Counted from the first letter of the stretch, positions 17,844-28,952 are shown. The stretch: DNA of 64,000 nt from Candidatus Taylorbacteria bacterium RIFCSPHIGHO2_01_FULL_46_22b (GCA_001820875.1 MHRF01000013.1:9992-73991); one strand, 5' to 3'. Notes: generated from the letters alone by a model not told the origin. Made by a program: numbers and translations.

Positions 17844-18875
17844 TTATAGTGCGCAAACAGATTCAGGCATACAATCAGAAAGAGCGTTGAGTCGAAGCGG
17901 GGCACCCAGATACTCAATAGTGGCATTGACCAGCTGTTGGATGTCGGTAAACCGGCTTTCTTCAGTTGAACCAAGTACCGCTACAACAAAAGGTTCGCCG
18001 AAGCTCGCGTCAAATGCGATTACCAAATTTCCGCCTGCAAGATCGGTTAGTCCTGTTTTTGATCCGAGGATTCCAGGAATTTGAGAGAGAACAACATTTG
18101 TATTTTTCCCAAGCACCGCACGTCCATCGGAATCTCTAAAAGTTTCTTCAACGAGCGTTGTCGTGGTTAAGAGATCGGGGTGCTGTTCTAAAAGATACGA
18201 AAAGAGAATCGCAGTGTCTTTCGCCGAACCATATGCCCCTCCTAAATTTCCGTTCGTATCGAGGCCGGTGCTATTGAGGTAATAGGTCTGCGCAAGTCCT
18301 AATTGCAAAGCACTTTGATTCATAGCATCGACGAAAGTTTGTCTCGAAGTACTTGCATATTTGATAGTCCCCTCTCCCTCGAGAAAGGCACCTGCGACGG
18401 ATGCGATTGATTCTGCGCCAGAATTTGAGGAAGAAATAAGCGTGTAGGCAATTAAATCTTCAAGTGACCATTGTTCTCCCTGACGCAAGCGAGGATCCGC
18501 ATCTTTGGACAGAGGGACAATGGCAATTCGAGTGAATGGTGGGAGAGTTTCTGCCGCGACAAGTGCAGTCATCAATTTGGTGAGGGAAGCAAGTGGCAAC
18601 TGCACTTCTTCTTGATTTCCATACACTACTTCTCCTGTTTTTGCATTGTAAACAATCGCCGATTTTGCGGAGAGTGCTACTTTATCAAAAGGATTATCTT
18701 TAAGCGTAGAAAGAATCGGAAGTTCTGTTGTGTATTGCGCTGCACGGGTCTGTGCTGCATGTATGGAAAGAGTCGCGTAGAAAATAAAACATCCCATCAA
18801 CAACGTAGTTGTTACGCAAAAAGAAGTGAGATTTATTAGCCACAACGGGACAGGGTTTTCGTATTTCTGATTCAT
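17844..18875 (-). CDS. D-alanyl-D-alanine carboxypeptidase (S11)
   Basis: SxxK (ASLTK), SxN (SSN) and KTG motifs. Confidence 0.9.
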   Translation of the reverse strand: MNQKYENPVPLWLINLTSFCVTTTLLMGCFIFYATLSIHAAQTRAAQYTTELPILSTLKDNPFDKVALSAKSAIVYNAKTGEVVYGNQEEVQLPLASLTKLMTALVAAETLPPFTRIAIVPLSKDADPRLRQGEQWSLEDLIAYTLISSSNSGAESIASVAGAFLEGEGTIKYASTSRQTFVDAMNQSALQLGLAQTYYLNSTGLDTNGNLGGAYGSAKDTAILFSYLLEQHPDLLTTTTLVEETFRDSDGRAVLGKNTNVVLSQIPGILGSKTGLTDLAGGNLVIAFDASFGEPFVVAVLGSTEESRFTDIQQLVNATIEYLGAPLRLNALSDCMPESVCAL

Positions 18876-18877
18876 AA

Positions 18878-19459
18878 TTAAGCTTGGATTTGTTCGGACT
18901 CTTGATTAGAAGCAACAGCGTCCTGCTCCTGTTGAGCATTTTTAAATTGATCAAGCTCGGCGCGGGCAGTTTCATATTCAGGAAGTTCAGATACTCCCTT
19001 GAGACCCAAGAACGTGATGAGCTCAAATGTCGGCTTATAGAGGAAACTGCGCTGATCGTTCTTATTTTGAACTCGCTCAACCAATCCACGGATAAGCAGA
19101 TTGCGAAGTACGAATGTTGAGTTTACGCCTCGAATATAGTCAATTTCCGATCGTGATACAGGTCCAAAATACAGGATAATCGAGAGAGTCTCAAGTCCTG
19201 CTTTCCCAAGATCTTTATGCAGTTCCTCTTTGGTGAGTTTTTCGATAAGTGGTGAGAATTCAGGCGCAGTGCCGAGCATCACCTCGTCTTCTTTTTTGAC
19301 CAGCGTAATACCGCGGGAAGCAAGAGCAGTTTCAAGTTCAGCGAGTCCTTCTTCGACTGCAGTAATGTTTGAGTCCAGCAATTCAGCGAGTTTCTTTTTT
19401 GAGATTGGTTCTGCTCGCCAGAACAGCACCGCTTCTATTTTTTTTGCCAATGATTCCAT
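18878..19459 (-). CDS. scpB: SMC-Scp complex subunit ScpB
   Basis: IEAVLF, LETLSIILY, EIDYIRGVNS. Confidence 0.95.
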   Translation of the reverse strand: MESLAKKIEAVLFWRAEPISKKKLAELLDSNITAVEEGLAELETALASRGITLVKKEDEVMLGTAPEFSPLIEKLTKEELHKDLGKAGLETLSIILYFGPVSRSEIDYIRGVNSTFVLRNLLIRGLVERVQNKNDQRSFLYKPTFELITFLGLKGVSELPEYETARAELDQFKNAQQEQDAVASNQESEQIQA

Positions 19460-19468
19460 TGATACGTT

Positions 19469-20221
19469 TTATTTATAACTCGGGACGTCGAGTTTCTCGG
19501 TTTCCATCACAATATCATCAAACTGACCGTCTTGTTTAACCGATATAATTCCCTGCTTCACCAGTTCCAGCATCGCAAGAAAGCTGACAATAATGTGTAC
19601 TTTTTCTTTTTTCCCTATGGACGCAAATTCTTTGAAATTAAGTTTAAGATTGCTTTTTATGCGTTCGGTGAGATTGGTGATCATTTCTTCAAGACTCACG
19701 ACTTTCTGGACAATGGCCTTTGCGAGCACCGAGGCTTTAGGTAGTTTATGTAAAAGTTCTCGAAGTGCTGTCGAGAGATTATTACTTGAGGTAAGTTTGT
19801 CAGGAGAGAAAACAGTTACTTGGATGCGCTGTTCAGGTCCGAATATAATTTCTCTACCGAATCGTAGCCGAATATGTTTGCTCAATTCACGCGCTCGAGC
19901 ATACATCTTCAAGCGACGCTCCAAATCGGCGATACTCCCCTGTTCTTCTTCTGAAAGAGCGAGCGAAGGAAGAAGAGATTTTGATTTAATTAACAGAAGT
20001 GTCGAGGCAATCAAAATAAAATGAGCACTTGAGGCAATCGGGAATTCGGAAAGAGATTGGATATAGCTTATATAATCATCGGCAACTTTAGACAAAGACA
20101 CCTCGTTTATGGCAAGTTTCCGTTTTTCAATGAGGTCGAGGAGGAGGTCAAGTGGCCCCTCAAATGAAGGAGTTTTGACCGTAAAGGACTTTTGAGCATG
20201 CACTAGGGTTTCAGACGACAT
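19469..20221 (-). CDS. scpA: Segregation/condensation protein ScpA
   Basis: FEGPLDLLLDLI; SFLAMLELVK. Confidence 0.95.
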   Translation of the reverse strand: MSSETLVHAQKSFTVKTPSFEGPLDLLLDLIEKRKLAINEVSLSKVADDYISYIQSLSEFPIASSAHFILIASTLLLIKSKSLLPSLALSEEEQGSIADLERRLKMYARARELSKHIRLRFGREIIFGPEQRIQVTVFSPDKLTSSNNLSTALRELLHKLPKASVLAKAIVQKVVSLEEMITNLTERIKSNLKLNFKEFASIGKKEKVHIIVSFLAMLELVKQGIISVKQDGQFDDIVMETEKLDVPSYK

Positions 20222-20850
20222 GGGAGAATTCTACCAGAAAGAAGGCTTCTGGTATAGGGTTTTTTCAGTTTTGCACACAGAGGGGTTTACAAGCTTTTTA
20301 AGCAGTGTTACCATCTTTAACGTGATACAAATGATTACAAAGAACTTCTCAACCGTACTCGTCTCAGACGTGTATTTTTCGGTTGGGAGCTGGTCTTTGT
20401 AACGAAAATCTCCATCTAGCGTTACAAAAACAAGCTCCCAACCACGGGAGCTTGTTTCGTTCAGTCCGCAAGGAACGTGGACGAAAAAATGTTCATCGCC
20501 AACACCATCCTTCATCTATGGAAACCCACAGGCAGTTCGAAGAATTTGCAGACCTCATACCCACAAACCTTGTTCCCGGGCCAGAAGCAGGGTTGTCTTT
20601 TCCAGACAAACTTGCAGCCGTTTCGGCTCATTGGCAGAGTCCCTGTTCCGAGCCGGAAGTAGGCTTTCGTTCGGACATCGCCAAAGACCGTGCGCGACTC
20701 ATGGGTCCGGAAACCACATGAGTGAAGGATTTCCCCTCCTCTTCCTGCTCTAAGGGGGGCAGGTGCTCACACCCCCATTAGGTGAGCGTTAAACGCCGTT
20801 TTGAATAATGATTTCCCGTGAGGAATCGTTCAAAGCGGCGTTTGTTTTGG

Positions 20851-21390
20851 TTATATTTTTGAAAGTATTTCAAAGAGTTTCTGATACTCTTCCGTATGCA
20901 TCAAAAGATCTCTTTTGGGTTCAGCTACCCATTTCTTGAATTCTTCGATAGAGATATATCTGACCTCATCAACCTCCTCCTTTTGTAAAACTAATTTTGA
21001 TACGTCCAAATCTTTTTTAACCAGATATACGTCTTGAAAATGTTTTGCTTGATTCTTTCGATTGCTCAATTCTGCATCTGTTGATGTGCCAAACAGAAAG
21101 GTGAGTTCTGAAGGTTCTATGGTGATCCCAATCTCCTCTGACACCTCACGCACTGCCGCTTCAATGCTTGTTTGGCCTGCGGAGATATGACCTCCAACCG
21201 ATATATCCCACATCCCACCCCCACGATCTTTTTTGCTCGTTCTTCTCTGAATAAGGAGTTCTCTTTTTGAATTCAAAAACCAGACATGCACAGTCCGATG
21301 CCAATCACCATGCCGATGCACGAGCGATTTGCTTTTTGTTTTGCCAATCTTATTCCCTTTCGCGTCCAAAATATCAATTTGTTCTTCCAT
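20851..21390 (-). CDS. NUDIX hydrolase (IDI-like subfamily)
   Basis: HRTVHVW, LLIQRR, GGHISAGQTSIEAAVREVSEEIG (Nudix box). Confidence 0.9.
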   Translation of the reverse strand: MEEQIDILDAKGNKIGKTKSKSLVHRHGDWHRTVHVWFLNSKRELLIQRRTSKKDRGGGMWDISVGGHISAGQTSIEAAVREVSEEIGITIEPSELTFLFGTSTDAELSNRKNQAKHFQDVYLVKKDLDVSKLVLQKEEVDEVRYISIEEFKKWVAEPKRDLLMHTEEYQKLFEILSKI

Positions 21391-21392
21391 TT

Positions 21393-21773
21393 CTATTGAT
21401 TGCCAGATACCGCACTGATCACACGGATGACCCCATTTTCTTGGAATCCTTTTATCTCGGTTAGGGAACTTGAGGGAAGCAGAACATCAGGACACGCTCC
21501 CTGCGTGCCGTTATAGACACAATGACTTTCCTGATCAAAGAGAAGCTCGACAGTCAGCGCCGGTGCGCCCTGTGCTTCATATACCAAATACCATGTGTTG
21601 GGTTTTAATCCCGGATTGTCTTTCACCAAGTGTCCCAATTTTTCAAAATTGATCATTGAGCGCGACACATCACTTGTGTCAGGGATCTGCGATTTTTCTT
21701 TTGTCGGGAGGAAAAACCATGTCGCCAGTGCAATGACTATGATTCCGAGCAGTGAAAGTAATAGTTTTTTCAT
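21393..21773 (-). CDS. Hypothetical exported/membrane-anchored protein
   Basis: N-terminal TM; sits between trpS and the NUDIX gene with overlapping/adjacent ends. Confidence 0.75.
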   Translation of the reverse strand: MKKLLLSLLGIIVIALATWFFLPTKEKSQIPDTSDVSRSMINFEKLGHLVKDNPGLKPNTWYLVYEAQGAPALTVELLFDQESHCVYNGTQGACPDVLLPSSSLTEIKGFQENGVIRVISAVSGNQ

Positions 21774-22732
21774 AGTGTCGTACCAATCTTTTCTCTCACC
21801 ACCTTCATCTTCTCCCTTGCGACTTCTCGAGCTTTCTCGGCTCCTTCAGCGAGGATTTTGAGGACGGATTTCTCGTCTTGAGCAAGCACCTTTCGACGTT
21901 CACGCAATGGGGCGATAAAGGCCTCGATATCGGCAATCAAAGCTTCTTTTAAGACCTTATATTTGCCGTTATTTGCCTCGTAGAGAGACTTTAACTCTGC
22001 TTCAGGCCTGAATAGCTTATGGATGGCAAAAACGTTTTTAGGAAGCTCTCCGCTTGAGTCAGTGACAATACCCATAACTGCCTTTTGTATCTCTTCTGGT
22101 TCCGCAAAAAGTGGGATCGTGTTGTTATAACTTTTCGACATTTTCTGGCCGTCAGTGCCCAGCACGACCGCAACATCTGCAAGTATCAAAGGTTCTGGTA
22201 ATTTGAAAGTCTCACTGAAAATTCGGTTGAATTTTTCGGCAGTGTCACGTGCGTATTCGACATGTTGTTTTTGATCCTGCCCTACCGGCACGACATCTGT
22301 GTCATAGAGCAAAATATCTGCGGCCATGAGCATCGGATAGTTGAACGTGCCGACAGAGATTTCTTTGTCTTTTGCTTGCGCATCTTTGTATGCGTGTGCG
22401 CGTTGAAGATACGGCATTGTAGTGATTGTATCGAAAATCCATGCAAGCTCGGTGTGCTCCTGCACATCAGATTGTTTGAATATAACGGATGTCTTTGGAT
22501 CAAGTCCGAGTGCAAGATAATCAAGTGCAAGATCAAGTATGTTTTGGCGCATTTCACCTGCGTTTTGGATGAAGTTCAGGGCATGATAATCGGCAATCAT
22601 AAAGTAACCCGAGTGTGTATTCTGGAGCTCAACAAACTGTTTCATGGCGCCGAAGTAATTGCCGATATGAGGATGTCCTGTCGGTTTGACGCCACTAAGC
22701 AGTGTTTTTTGTTTTTTCTCGTTCACATTCAT
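21770..22732 (-). CDS. trpS: Tryptophan--tRNA ligase
   Basis: SGVKPTG, HIGN, YPMLMAADIL, VPVGQDQ, KMSKS. The start could instead be GTG 22726. Confidence 0.96.
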   Translation of the reverse strand: MNVNEKKQKTLLSGVKPTGHPHIGNYFGAMKQFVELQNTHSGYFMIADYHALNFIQNAGEMRQNILDLALDYLALGLDPKTSVIFKQSDVQEHTELAWIFDTITTMPYLQRAHAYKDAQAKDKEISVGTFNYPMLMAADILLYDTDVVPVGQDQKQHVEYARDTAEKFNRIFSETFKLPEPLILADVAVVLGTDGQKMSKSYNNTIPLFAEPEEIQKAVMGIVTDSSGELPKNVFAIHKLFRPEAELKSLYEANNGKYKVLKEALIADIEAFIAPLRERRKVLAQDEKSVLKILAEGAEKAREVAREKMKVVREKIGTTL

Positions 22733-22829
22733 AGTGTAACAAAAAAGTGCTATTTTGCCGAATAACGAAAGCCCGACGTGTGAGTCGGGCTTTGGATCGA
22801 AGGTCGCTTGTGTTTTGGACATCTGTGTA

Positions 22830-23039
22830 TCAGGAACTGGTGTCGTCTTCAACAATGGCGAAAGCCACTGCTATCCAAACTACGAGAGAGAGGATTATCG
22901 CCACAAAATCCGTGATCTCTAAAGTCGAAGCAGACCACTCATGAGGTACTCCAACGTAGTGGAGGAGTCCAACGTACATTGCAAGTGCAAAAGGTGGCCA
23001 GACGAGTAGCCAGACAACCGCGAGTAGTTTTTCTTTCAT
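22830..23039 (-). CDS. Small two-TM hypothetical protein
   Basis: Two hydrophobic helices; followed by hairpin 22769-22794. Confidence 0.5.
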   Translation of the reverse strand: MKEKLLAVVWLLVWPPFALAMYVGLLHYVGVPHEWSASTLEITDFVAIILSLVVWIAVAFAIVEDDTSS

Positions 23040-23507
23040 TGGGTGCAAGGTTGAGGGATTTGACTGTGAGGAACAACGCGCAACAGATTTCTCTATGTAT
23101 TACCACACCCTGTCCTCCTCTGTCTACTTGCAGAATATAATGGAATTTAGGTACATTTAATTCCAGATATGAAAACGAAAAGGCGAAAGAAGTACCGTTC
23201 CAAGTACCGCGTCTCAACACCGCGGAAAACCAAAGGAGCTAATCTGAAAGCAAAATTTCAATCAAACCAACGCGGAGGAGCATATTCTTGGGCGCCTCCA
23301 GAAGGCAAGCACGAAAAAATTCCCAACAAAGCAGAGAGCGCTCGAGAATGTAGTCGAGCATTTCATGCCGACAATCCTCGAATTCTCCAAAGGTGGCGGT
23401 TGCAACACACCGCTTAACTTGGAGCACAAACAGAACAAGCCAACCGCAAGGTTGGCTTGAGCTTTACATACAAAGGATGCGTCCCGCTTTTGGGCGGGAC
23501 GGGAAGT

Positions 23508-23729
23508 TCAAACAAGAATGATGCAGGGCTGGTTTTGAAAAACACAACGAGCCAATCCCTTTCGTCGATCATGTCTTGCCGGCTCAAGGTACTCTTTCCC
23601 TCCCAATGTGGTGGTGATTGGAACAATAGAGGGCGGAAATACATGTGCGGCAAGACGAGCGGGACGAAAGTACTCCATCATCCAGTATTCGATTTCCGGA
23701 CCAAATGTTCGAGTTGAGTATGCAGCCAT
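23508..23729 (-). CDS. Small hypothetical protein
   Basis: Strong RBS AGAAAGGAG before ATG and a GC hairpin right after the TGA. Confidence 0.5.
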   Translation of the reverse strand: MAAYSTRTFGPEIEYWMMEYFRPARLAAHVFPPSIVPITTTLGGKEYLEPARHDRRKGLARCVFQNQPCIILV

Positions 23730-23962
23730 ACAACTATCTCCTTTCTGGTCGTGGTGTACAACCTTCCCCATACTGTTCCTTCAGCAATAGTTAGTCAACG
23801 TATAAAACAAAAGCACCCATCATCAAACTCGCCGTGAGGCGAAGAGACTAGGGTGCTTCGTGATGTTCTCCATCAGCCCAATCGGGCTCGTGGTGATGGC
23901 GCAAATGACTGGCCATATCACGTGTACGGACAAAGCGTTTGGGAGCGAATCGAATCACTACC

Positions 23963-24787
23963 TTAACGCTTTTTGACGGCCGAGCCCATAGGATCGGCAG
24001 ACGTACCGGCATTAATCGGCGTAGTGGTTTGCTTCTCATAACGTTTGTTTCCCGAAGGGAATTTAACAGAAATATTAGGTGGAGTCAAATTTTCAGCTAC
24101 CGCAAGCAGGGTCGCGATATTTCGCATAACAAGATCTGCGGCAATAACAAAATCATTTCGATCGGGAGTTATTTTAGGCGCGCCGCCACAAAAAGCGAAA
24201 AGGTCTTTAGGATATATCGGCGCACCAAATGAAATCACTGTGTATCGGCGGCGAAGTATGAAGTTTTTGAATCCTATTTTCCACAAATTAGTTAATGCAA
24301 CGGGTACCACGGGCAAACCTGTTTTGAATGACAAATATGCCACCCCACCCTTCCCTTTTCCCAAGTTCCCATCGCGTGTTTTGTATCCTTCAGGAAAGAT
24401 ACAGAGCGAATTTTTATGATTTAAAATTTCGATATGAGTCTCAAGAGAAGCCTCATAGTTATGCTGTCCGGCCTGCACGGGATATGCACCCCAAAATTTA
24501 AACAATGCTCCACCATAAAAGAGTTTTCTCCAGCTACTATTCTTGTAAAAAGATCTTTCGCGGGAAGTGTAGAACATAGGAAAATGTCGGCTTAAAAAGG
24601 GAAAAGAAGCAGGTAAGACAATAGGGTCAAGTTCGCTTGAATGATTGAGAGCAAAAATAATACCGCGAGGAAGGTTTTTGATGTTATCCGTTCCCTCGAT
24701 TTCAAGATGAATGAAATAGCGAAGCAAAAGGCGCGTTGGCACCCAAATAGCCCTTTGCAACATTTTGGGAATAAATTCGTATGTCAT
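23963..24787 (-). CDS. plsC: 1-acyl-sn-glycerol-3-phosphate acyltransferase family
   Basis: NHSSELD (HX4D), IFPEG, GKGG, VVPV. Confidence 0.85.
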   Translation of the reverse strand: MTYEFIPKMLQRAIWVPTRLLLRYFIHLEIEGTDNIKNLPRGIIFALNHSSELDPIVLPASFPFLSRHFPMFYTSRERSFYKNSSWRKLFYGGALFKFWGAYPVQAGQHNYEASLETHIEILNHKNSLCIFPEGYKTRDGNLGKGKGGVAYLSFKTGLPVVPVALTNLWKIGFKNFILRRRYTVISFGAPIYPKDLFAFCGGAPKITPDRNDFVIAADLVMRNIATLLAVAENLTPPNISVKFPSGNKRYEKQTTTPINAGTSADPMGSAVKKR

Positions 24788-24790
24788 TCT

Positions 24791-25855
24791 TTAAATCCCC
24801 TCTTTCTTGAGTTCTTCAACTAATTTTGCCGCAGTCTTGCTCAATTTGCTGGGCAATTCAATGGAAAGTTTGATCATCAAATCACCGCGTTTGTTTTTGT
24901 CATAGGGGATGCCTTTTCCACGCACGCGCAAGATTTCTCCAATTGAAACTCCTGCGGGGATTTTAACGGTTAGATCGCCGTCGAGTGTTTGGAGATGATA
25001 ATCCCCTCCCAGAAGTGCTGTTGAAAGCTTGATTGAGAGATGCGTAACCAGATTCGTTCCTTCTTTGGCAAATAGTGGGTGTTTTCTGACGTGAATTTTG
25101 ACATAAAGATCTCCTGATGAGCCGCCAGAAACTGCCTCACCACCGCCAGTCATTCGGATAACTTCACCGTCTTCAATGCCAGCAGGAATGCGAACGCCGA
25201 TTTCTTCGTCGCGGCGCCGAACACCTAAGCCCTTGCAGCCATTACAGCGTTCTTTGGGAACTTTCCCTTTTCCATGACAGATATTGCACGTAGTAACGGC
25301 AGAGAATGAACCAAAAAATGATCGTTTAGTTTCGTGAATCTTTCCGCGGCCGTTGCAAGTGGTACAGGTTTCAAGCGAAGTTCCTGCGGCTGCGCCACTT
25401 CCTTTACACACTTCGCAGTTACCAGTTTTAGCCAGCAGAATTTTTCGTTCGACGCCGAAGACCGCTTCATTGAACTGCAGTTCAATATCTACAGAAATAT
25501 CACGTCCCCGATTAGGCTGTTGTCCTTTACCTCCAAAAAATTCGCTAAAAATATCACCCAGATCCACACCTTCAAAATTACTGCCGAATCCCGAAAAATC
25601 AAATCCGCCGAAAGGATTTCCTCCGGCTCCCGGACCTGCACCATCAGAGAAGACGCGGCCGTATGAATCATACTCGGCGCGTTTTTTGTCATCGGAGAGG
25701 ACTGTGTAGGCTTCGTTTACTTCCTTGAATTTCTCTGTATTACCGTCTTTCTTGTCAGGATGATATTTGTGGGCCAGTTTGCGGAATGCTTTTTTGATGT
25801 CGTCTTTCGATGCGCTCTTCTCTACTCCCAAAATTTCGTAATAGTTTTTTTGCAT
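24791..25855 (-). CDS. dnaJ: Chaperone DnaJ
   Basis: J domain with HPD, G/F region, four CxxCxGxG repeats. Confidence 0.97.
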   Translation of the reverse strand: MQKNYYEILGVEKSASKDDIKKAFRKLAHKYHPDKKDGNTEKFKEVNEAYTVLSDDKKRAEYDSYGRVFSDGAGPGAGGNPFGGFDFSGFGSNFEGVDLGDIFSEFFGGKGQQPNRGRDISVDIELQFNEAVFGVERKILLAKTGNCEVCKGSGAAAGTSLETCTTCNGRGKIHETKRSFFGSFSAVTTCNICHGKGKVPKERCNGCKGLGVRRRDEEIGVRIPAGIEDGEVIRMTGGGEAVSGGSSGDLYVKIHVRKHPLFAKEGTNLVTHLSIKLSTALLGGDYHLQTLDGDLTVKIPAGVSIGEILRVRGKGIPYDKNKRGDLMIKLSIELPSKLSKTAAKLVEELKKEGI

Positions 25856-25989
25856 AGTTTTTGAAAACGTTTAGAAGAATCGACTCATCAATTATAGACC
25901 AATTGGGGCTGTATGATACTTGACTTAAGATATTTTAGTTGCATCCTGTTTCCCAGCCGCCCAAGATTCGGGCGGCTGGAGTTTGACCT

Positions 25990-27888
25990 CTACTTTGTCT
26001 CTGCATCTCGTACTTTTCCCTCTCCGTCTGTTTTGTCATCTCCCGATTGCCCATCCTTCTTTTCGCTACTCGCTTTTCCCTCTTCGCTCTGCTTTGACAT
26101 ATACTGGCCAATTTTTTGCATTTCGGTCGATAGAGCGTCAGCAGCTTGTTTGATTGAGTCTGAATTTCCAGCATCTTTTGCCTTTTTCAACTCGTCAATT
26201 TTTGTCTGCACTCCTGTCGCCACATCTGCCGGAATCTTCTCTTTGAAATCCTTGAGGGACTTCTCGGCGGCATAGACAAGCTGTTCGGCGCTGTTTTTTG
26301 CATCAACCTCTTCTTTTTTCTTTGCGTCTTCGCTTGCATGAGCTTCGGCATCTTTTGACATTCGATCAATTTCATCTTTGGTGAGACTAGATCGAGCTTC
26401 AATACGGATTGATTGCTCTTTGCCACTTGATTTATCTTTTGCCTTTACCTGCAAGATTCCGTTTGCATCCACATCGAAGGTAACTTCAACTTGCGGCATG
26501 CCACGGGGAGCTGGTGGAATACCATCTAAGATAAATCGTCCAAGTGACTTATTATCTGCCGCCATCGCACGTTCTCCCTGCACCACGTGCACTTCAACAC
26601 TGGTCTGATTATCTCCGGCTGTCGAGAAGATTTGTGATTTTGATGCGGGAATGGTTGTATTCTTCTCGATGAGTTTTGTTGCAACTCCACCGAGTGTTTC
26701 AATACCAAGCGAAAGCGGGATCACATCCAAGAGGAGAATGTCCTTTACATCGCCTCCCAAGATTCCACCCTGAATTGCAGCGCCGATTGCAACCACTTCG
26801 TCAGGATTGACTCCCATGTGAGGTTCTTTTCCAAAGAATTCTTTTGCCGCTTTCTGCAATGCGGGCATGCGGGTCTGTCCTCCCACGAGAATTACTTCGT
26901 TGATTTCCCCTACTTTGAAGGGTGACGCTTCAATTGCACGTTTGGTAATTGTCATCGCGCGATCAATGAATTCCTGTGTGAGTTCCTCAAGTTTGGCACG
27001 GGTAAGTGTTACTAAGAGGTGTTTGGGGCCGTCTGAACCCGATGTAATGAAGGGAATGTTGATATCAGTCTGCACTGCTGTTGAGAGCTCAATTTTGGCC
27101 TTTTCAGCGCCTTCATCGAGGCGTTGCAGTGCAAGCGGATCCTTTCGCAAATCAATGCCGTTTTCCTTTGCAAATGTATCTGCAAGCCAGTGCACGATTT
27201 TTGCGTCAATGTCACGGCCGCCAAGGTGACTATCTCCGTCAGTTGATTTGACTTCAATGACATCATCCCCAACCTCAAGCACCGAGATATCGAATGTACC
27301 GCCACCGAAATCAAATACGGCAATTTTTTCGTCTTTTTTCTTGTTGAATCCATATGCAAGCGCAGCAGCTGTCGGCTCATTGATGATGCGCTTCACATCA
27401 AGCCCAGCAATTTTTCCTGCATCCTTTGTTGCCTGTCGCTGACTGTCATTGAAGTATGCAGGTACGGTGATAACTGCCTCAGTGATTTTTTCGCCTAGGC
27501 GCGTCTCCGCATCCGTTTTTAGTTTTTGGAGAATCATTGCTGACACTTCTTCAGGCCGAATCCACTTTTGTCCTACTTTTACTTCTATGCCTCCGTTTGA
27601 AGATTTTCGGGTCTCAAAAGGCACATTTTTGATATCTTTTTGAACTCCGGATTCGTCATAGGTGTGCCCCATGAAGCGTTTAATTTGGAAGACGGTGTTT
27701 TGAGGGTTCGTAACCGCTTGGCGTTTTGCCAAAAGTCCCACGAGCCGTTCGCCCGTTTTTGATTCAGCGACAATGGACGGCGTGGTGCGCGCACCCTCTG
27801 CGTTTTCAAGCACTTTAGGAGTACCTGCTTCCATCACGGCGACTGCGGAGAAGGTTGTCCCAAGATCAATTCCGATAATTTTTGACAT
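25990..27888 (-). CDS. dnaK: Chaperone DnaK
   Basis: [32 protein letters not shown]. Confidence 0.98.
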   Translation of the reverse strand: MSKIIGIDLGTTFSAVAVMEAGTPKVLENAEGARTTPSIVAESKTGERLVGLLAKRQAVTNPQNTVFQIKRFMGHTYDESGVQKDIKNVPFETRKSSNGGIEVKVGQKWIRPEEVSAMILQKLKTDAETRLGEKITEAVITVPAYFNDSQRQATKDAGKIAGLDVKRIINEPTAAALAYGFNKKKDEKIAVFDFGGGTFDISVLEVGDDVIEVKSTDGDSHLGGRDIDAKIVHWLADTFAKENGIDLRKDPLALQRLDEGAEKAKIELSTAVQTDINIPFITSGSDGPKHLLVTLTRAKLEELTQEFIDRAMTITKRAIEASPFKVGEINEVILVGGQTRMPALQKAAKEFFGKEPHMGVNPDEVVAIGAAIQGGILGGDVKDILLLDVIPLSLGIETLGGVATKLIEKNTTIPASKSQIFSTAGDNQTSVEVHVVQGERAMAADNKSLGRFILDGIPPAPRGMPQVEVTFDVDANGILQVKAKDKSSGKEQSIRIEARSSLTKDEIDRMSKDAEAHASEDAKKKEEVDAKNSAEQLVYAAEKSLKDFKEKIPADVATGVQTKIDELKKAKDAGNSDSIKQAADALSTEMQKIGQYMSKQSEEGKASSEKKDGQSGDDKTDGEGKVRDAETK

Positions 27889-27987
27889 AGATAAGAATGA
27901 ATTATGAATTCAGAATCACGAATAATGGAAAGAATCTGACACAATCAGAAACCTCTCAAAGAAGCTGCAAGCTAAGAGCTGACAGCT

Positions 27988-28290
27988 TTAAGATATGTAT
28001 GCAGGTGCGCGAGTCAATTGGCTCGTGAAAAACAAGAGTGATACGTAGGGGGAAGCAATAGGAGATGAAGAAGAGAGACCAGAGATAAGAGATGAGAATT
28101 TAGAAGAGAAGTGTGGGAGACAAAGAATCAGGTCATCTTCTGAAATCACATTAAGAGGCTCGGCTGATACGACACGTGCAGAAATCTTTCCGTCAACAAG
28201 GGTCACAAGAAAAACCACGCGATATGATTCGCCGTTTGGAGCAACGAGTATTTTGGTGACTAGCTGCGGTTGTAGATACGGGGAAAGCAT
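27988..28290 (-). CDS. Hypothetical protein between grpE and dnaK
   Basis: 100-aa ORF with its own TTGACA...TGATATAAT promoter 6 nt upstream of ATG. Confidence 0.6.
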   Translation of the reverse strand: MLSPYLQPQLVTKILVAPNGESYRVVFLVTLVDGKISARVVSAEPLNVISEDDLILCLPHFSSKFSSLISGLSSSSPIASPYVSLLFFTSQLTRAPAYIS

Positions 28291-28324
28291 GTGTGTATTA
28301 TATCAAATCTACAGACATGTCAAG

Positions 28325-28864
28325 TTATGCTTTGTATTCCCCCACCACTACTTTTGGAACTTTCAGGACTTTTCCGTTCAAACTGTATCCTTTCTGGATA
28401 ACTTTGATAATTGAATGTTCAAGAGATTTGTCGGTTACCTGCTCATAGCCAGTTGCCTCGTGTTTTGCATGATCAAATTTTTCGTTAATAGGGTTTAATT
28501 CGATTATTCCGTGTTCGCTCAAGACTTTGTTGAGCTGGGAGTAGATATATTCAACACCTGTGCGCCAATTTTTATCCGCCTTCTCCCACGCCTCCTTGTT
28601 GGCCATGGCCATCTGAAAACTTTCAAGTACGGGTAGAAGTTCTTCAATTAATTGTTCATTGGCAAATTTTGAGAAAGATTTTCGATCTTCCTCATCGCGT
28701 TTGCGGGCATTGATTAAATCAGCTTTGGCGCGCTGCCAACCTGTCAAATACTCCTGCCTTTCTTCAAGAGCAATTTTCAATTTTTCCTTAAGTTTCTTTA
28801 TTTCGTCACCTGCATGTTCTTCGGCAACTACTGAATCATCCAATTCGTCTTCGTTTTTTTGCAT
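28325..28864 (-). CDS. grpE: Nucleotide exchange factor GrpE
   Basis: QRAKADLIN, LLPVLE, FDHAKHEA, QKGYSLNGKVLK. Confidence 0.95.
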   Translation of the reverse strand: MQKNEDELDDSVVAEEHAGDEIKKLKEKLKIALEERQEYLTGWQRAKADLINARKRDEEDRKSFSKFANEQLIEELLPVLESFQMAMANKEAWEKADKNWRTGVEYIYSQLNKVLSEHGIIELNPINEKFDHAKHEATGYEQVTDKSLEHSIIKVIQKGYSLNGKVLKVPKVVVGEYKA

Positions 28865-28952
28865 AAAATGACTATAACAAAATTAGTACCGTACCTGCAA
28901 GAAACCGCCGCCCAGATTTTCATCGAGGGCGGCGGCGAGATTTTCTTTCGGG

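Noticed and set aside
23414-23771. TGA readthrough (code 25) joining short ORFs
   Set aside because: TGA serves as a true stop in conserved genes here (ftsW, trpS, gnd-overlapping zwf), and a hairpin follows the TGA at 23508.
25905-25985. GGGGCTGTATGATACTTGAC resembling a tmRNA 5' end
   Set aside because: No matching T-arm/CCA 3' end and no room before dnaK; the adjacent GC hairpin is better explained as a dnaK 3' structure.
28864-28950. CIRCE/HrcA operator upstream of grpE-dnaK-dnaJ
   Set aside because: No TTAGCACTC-N9-GAGTGCTAA match seen.
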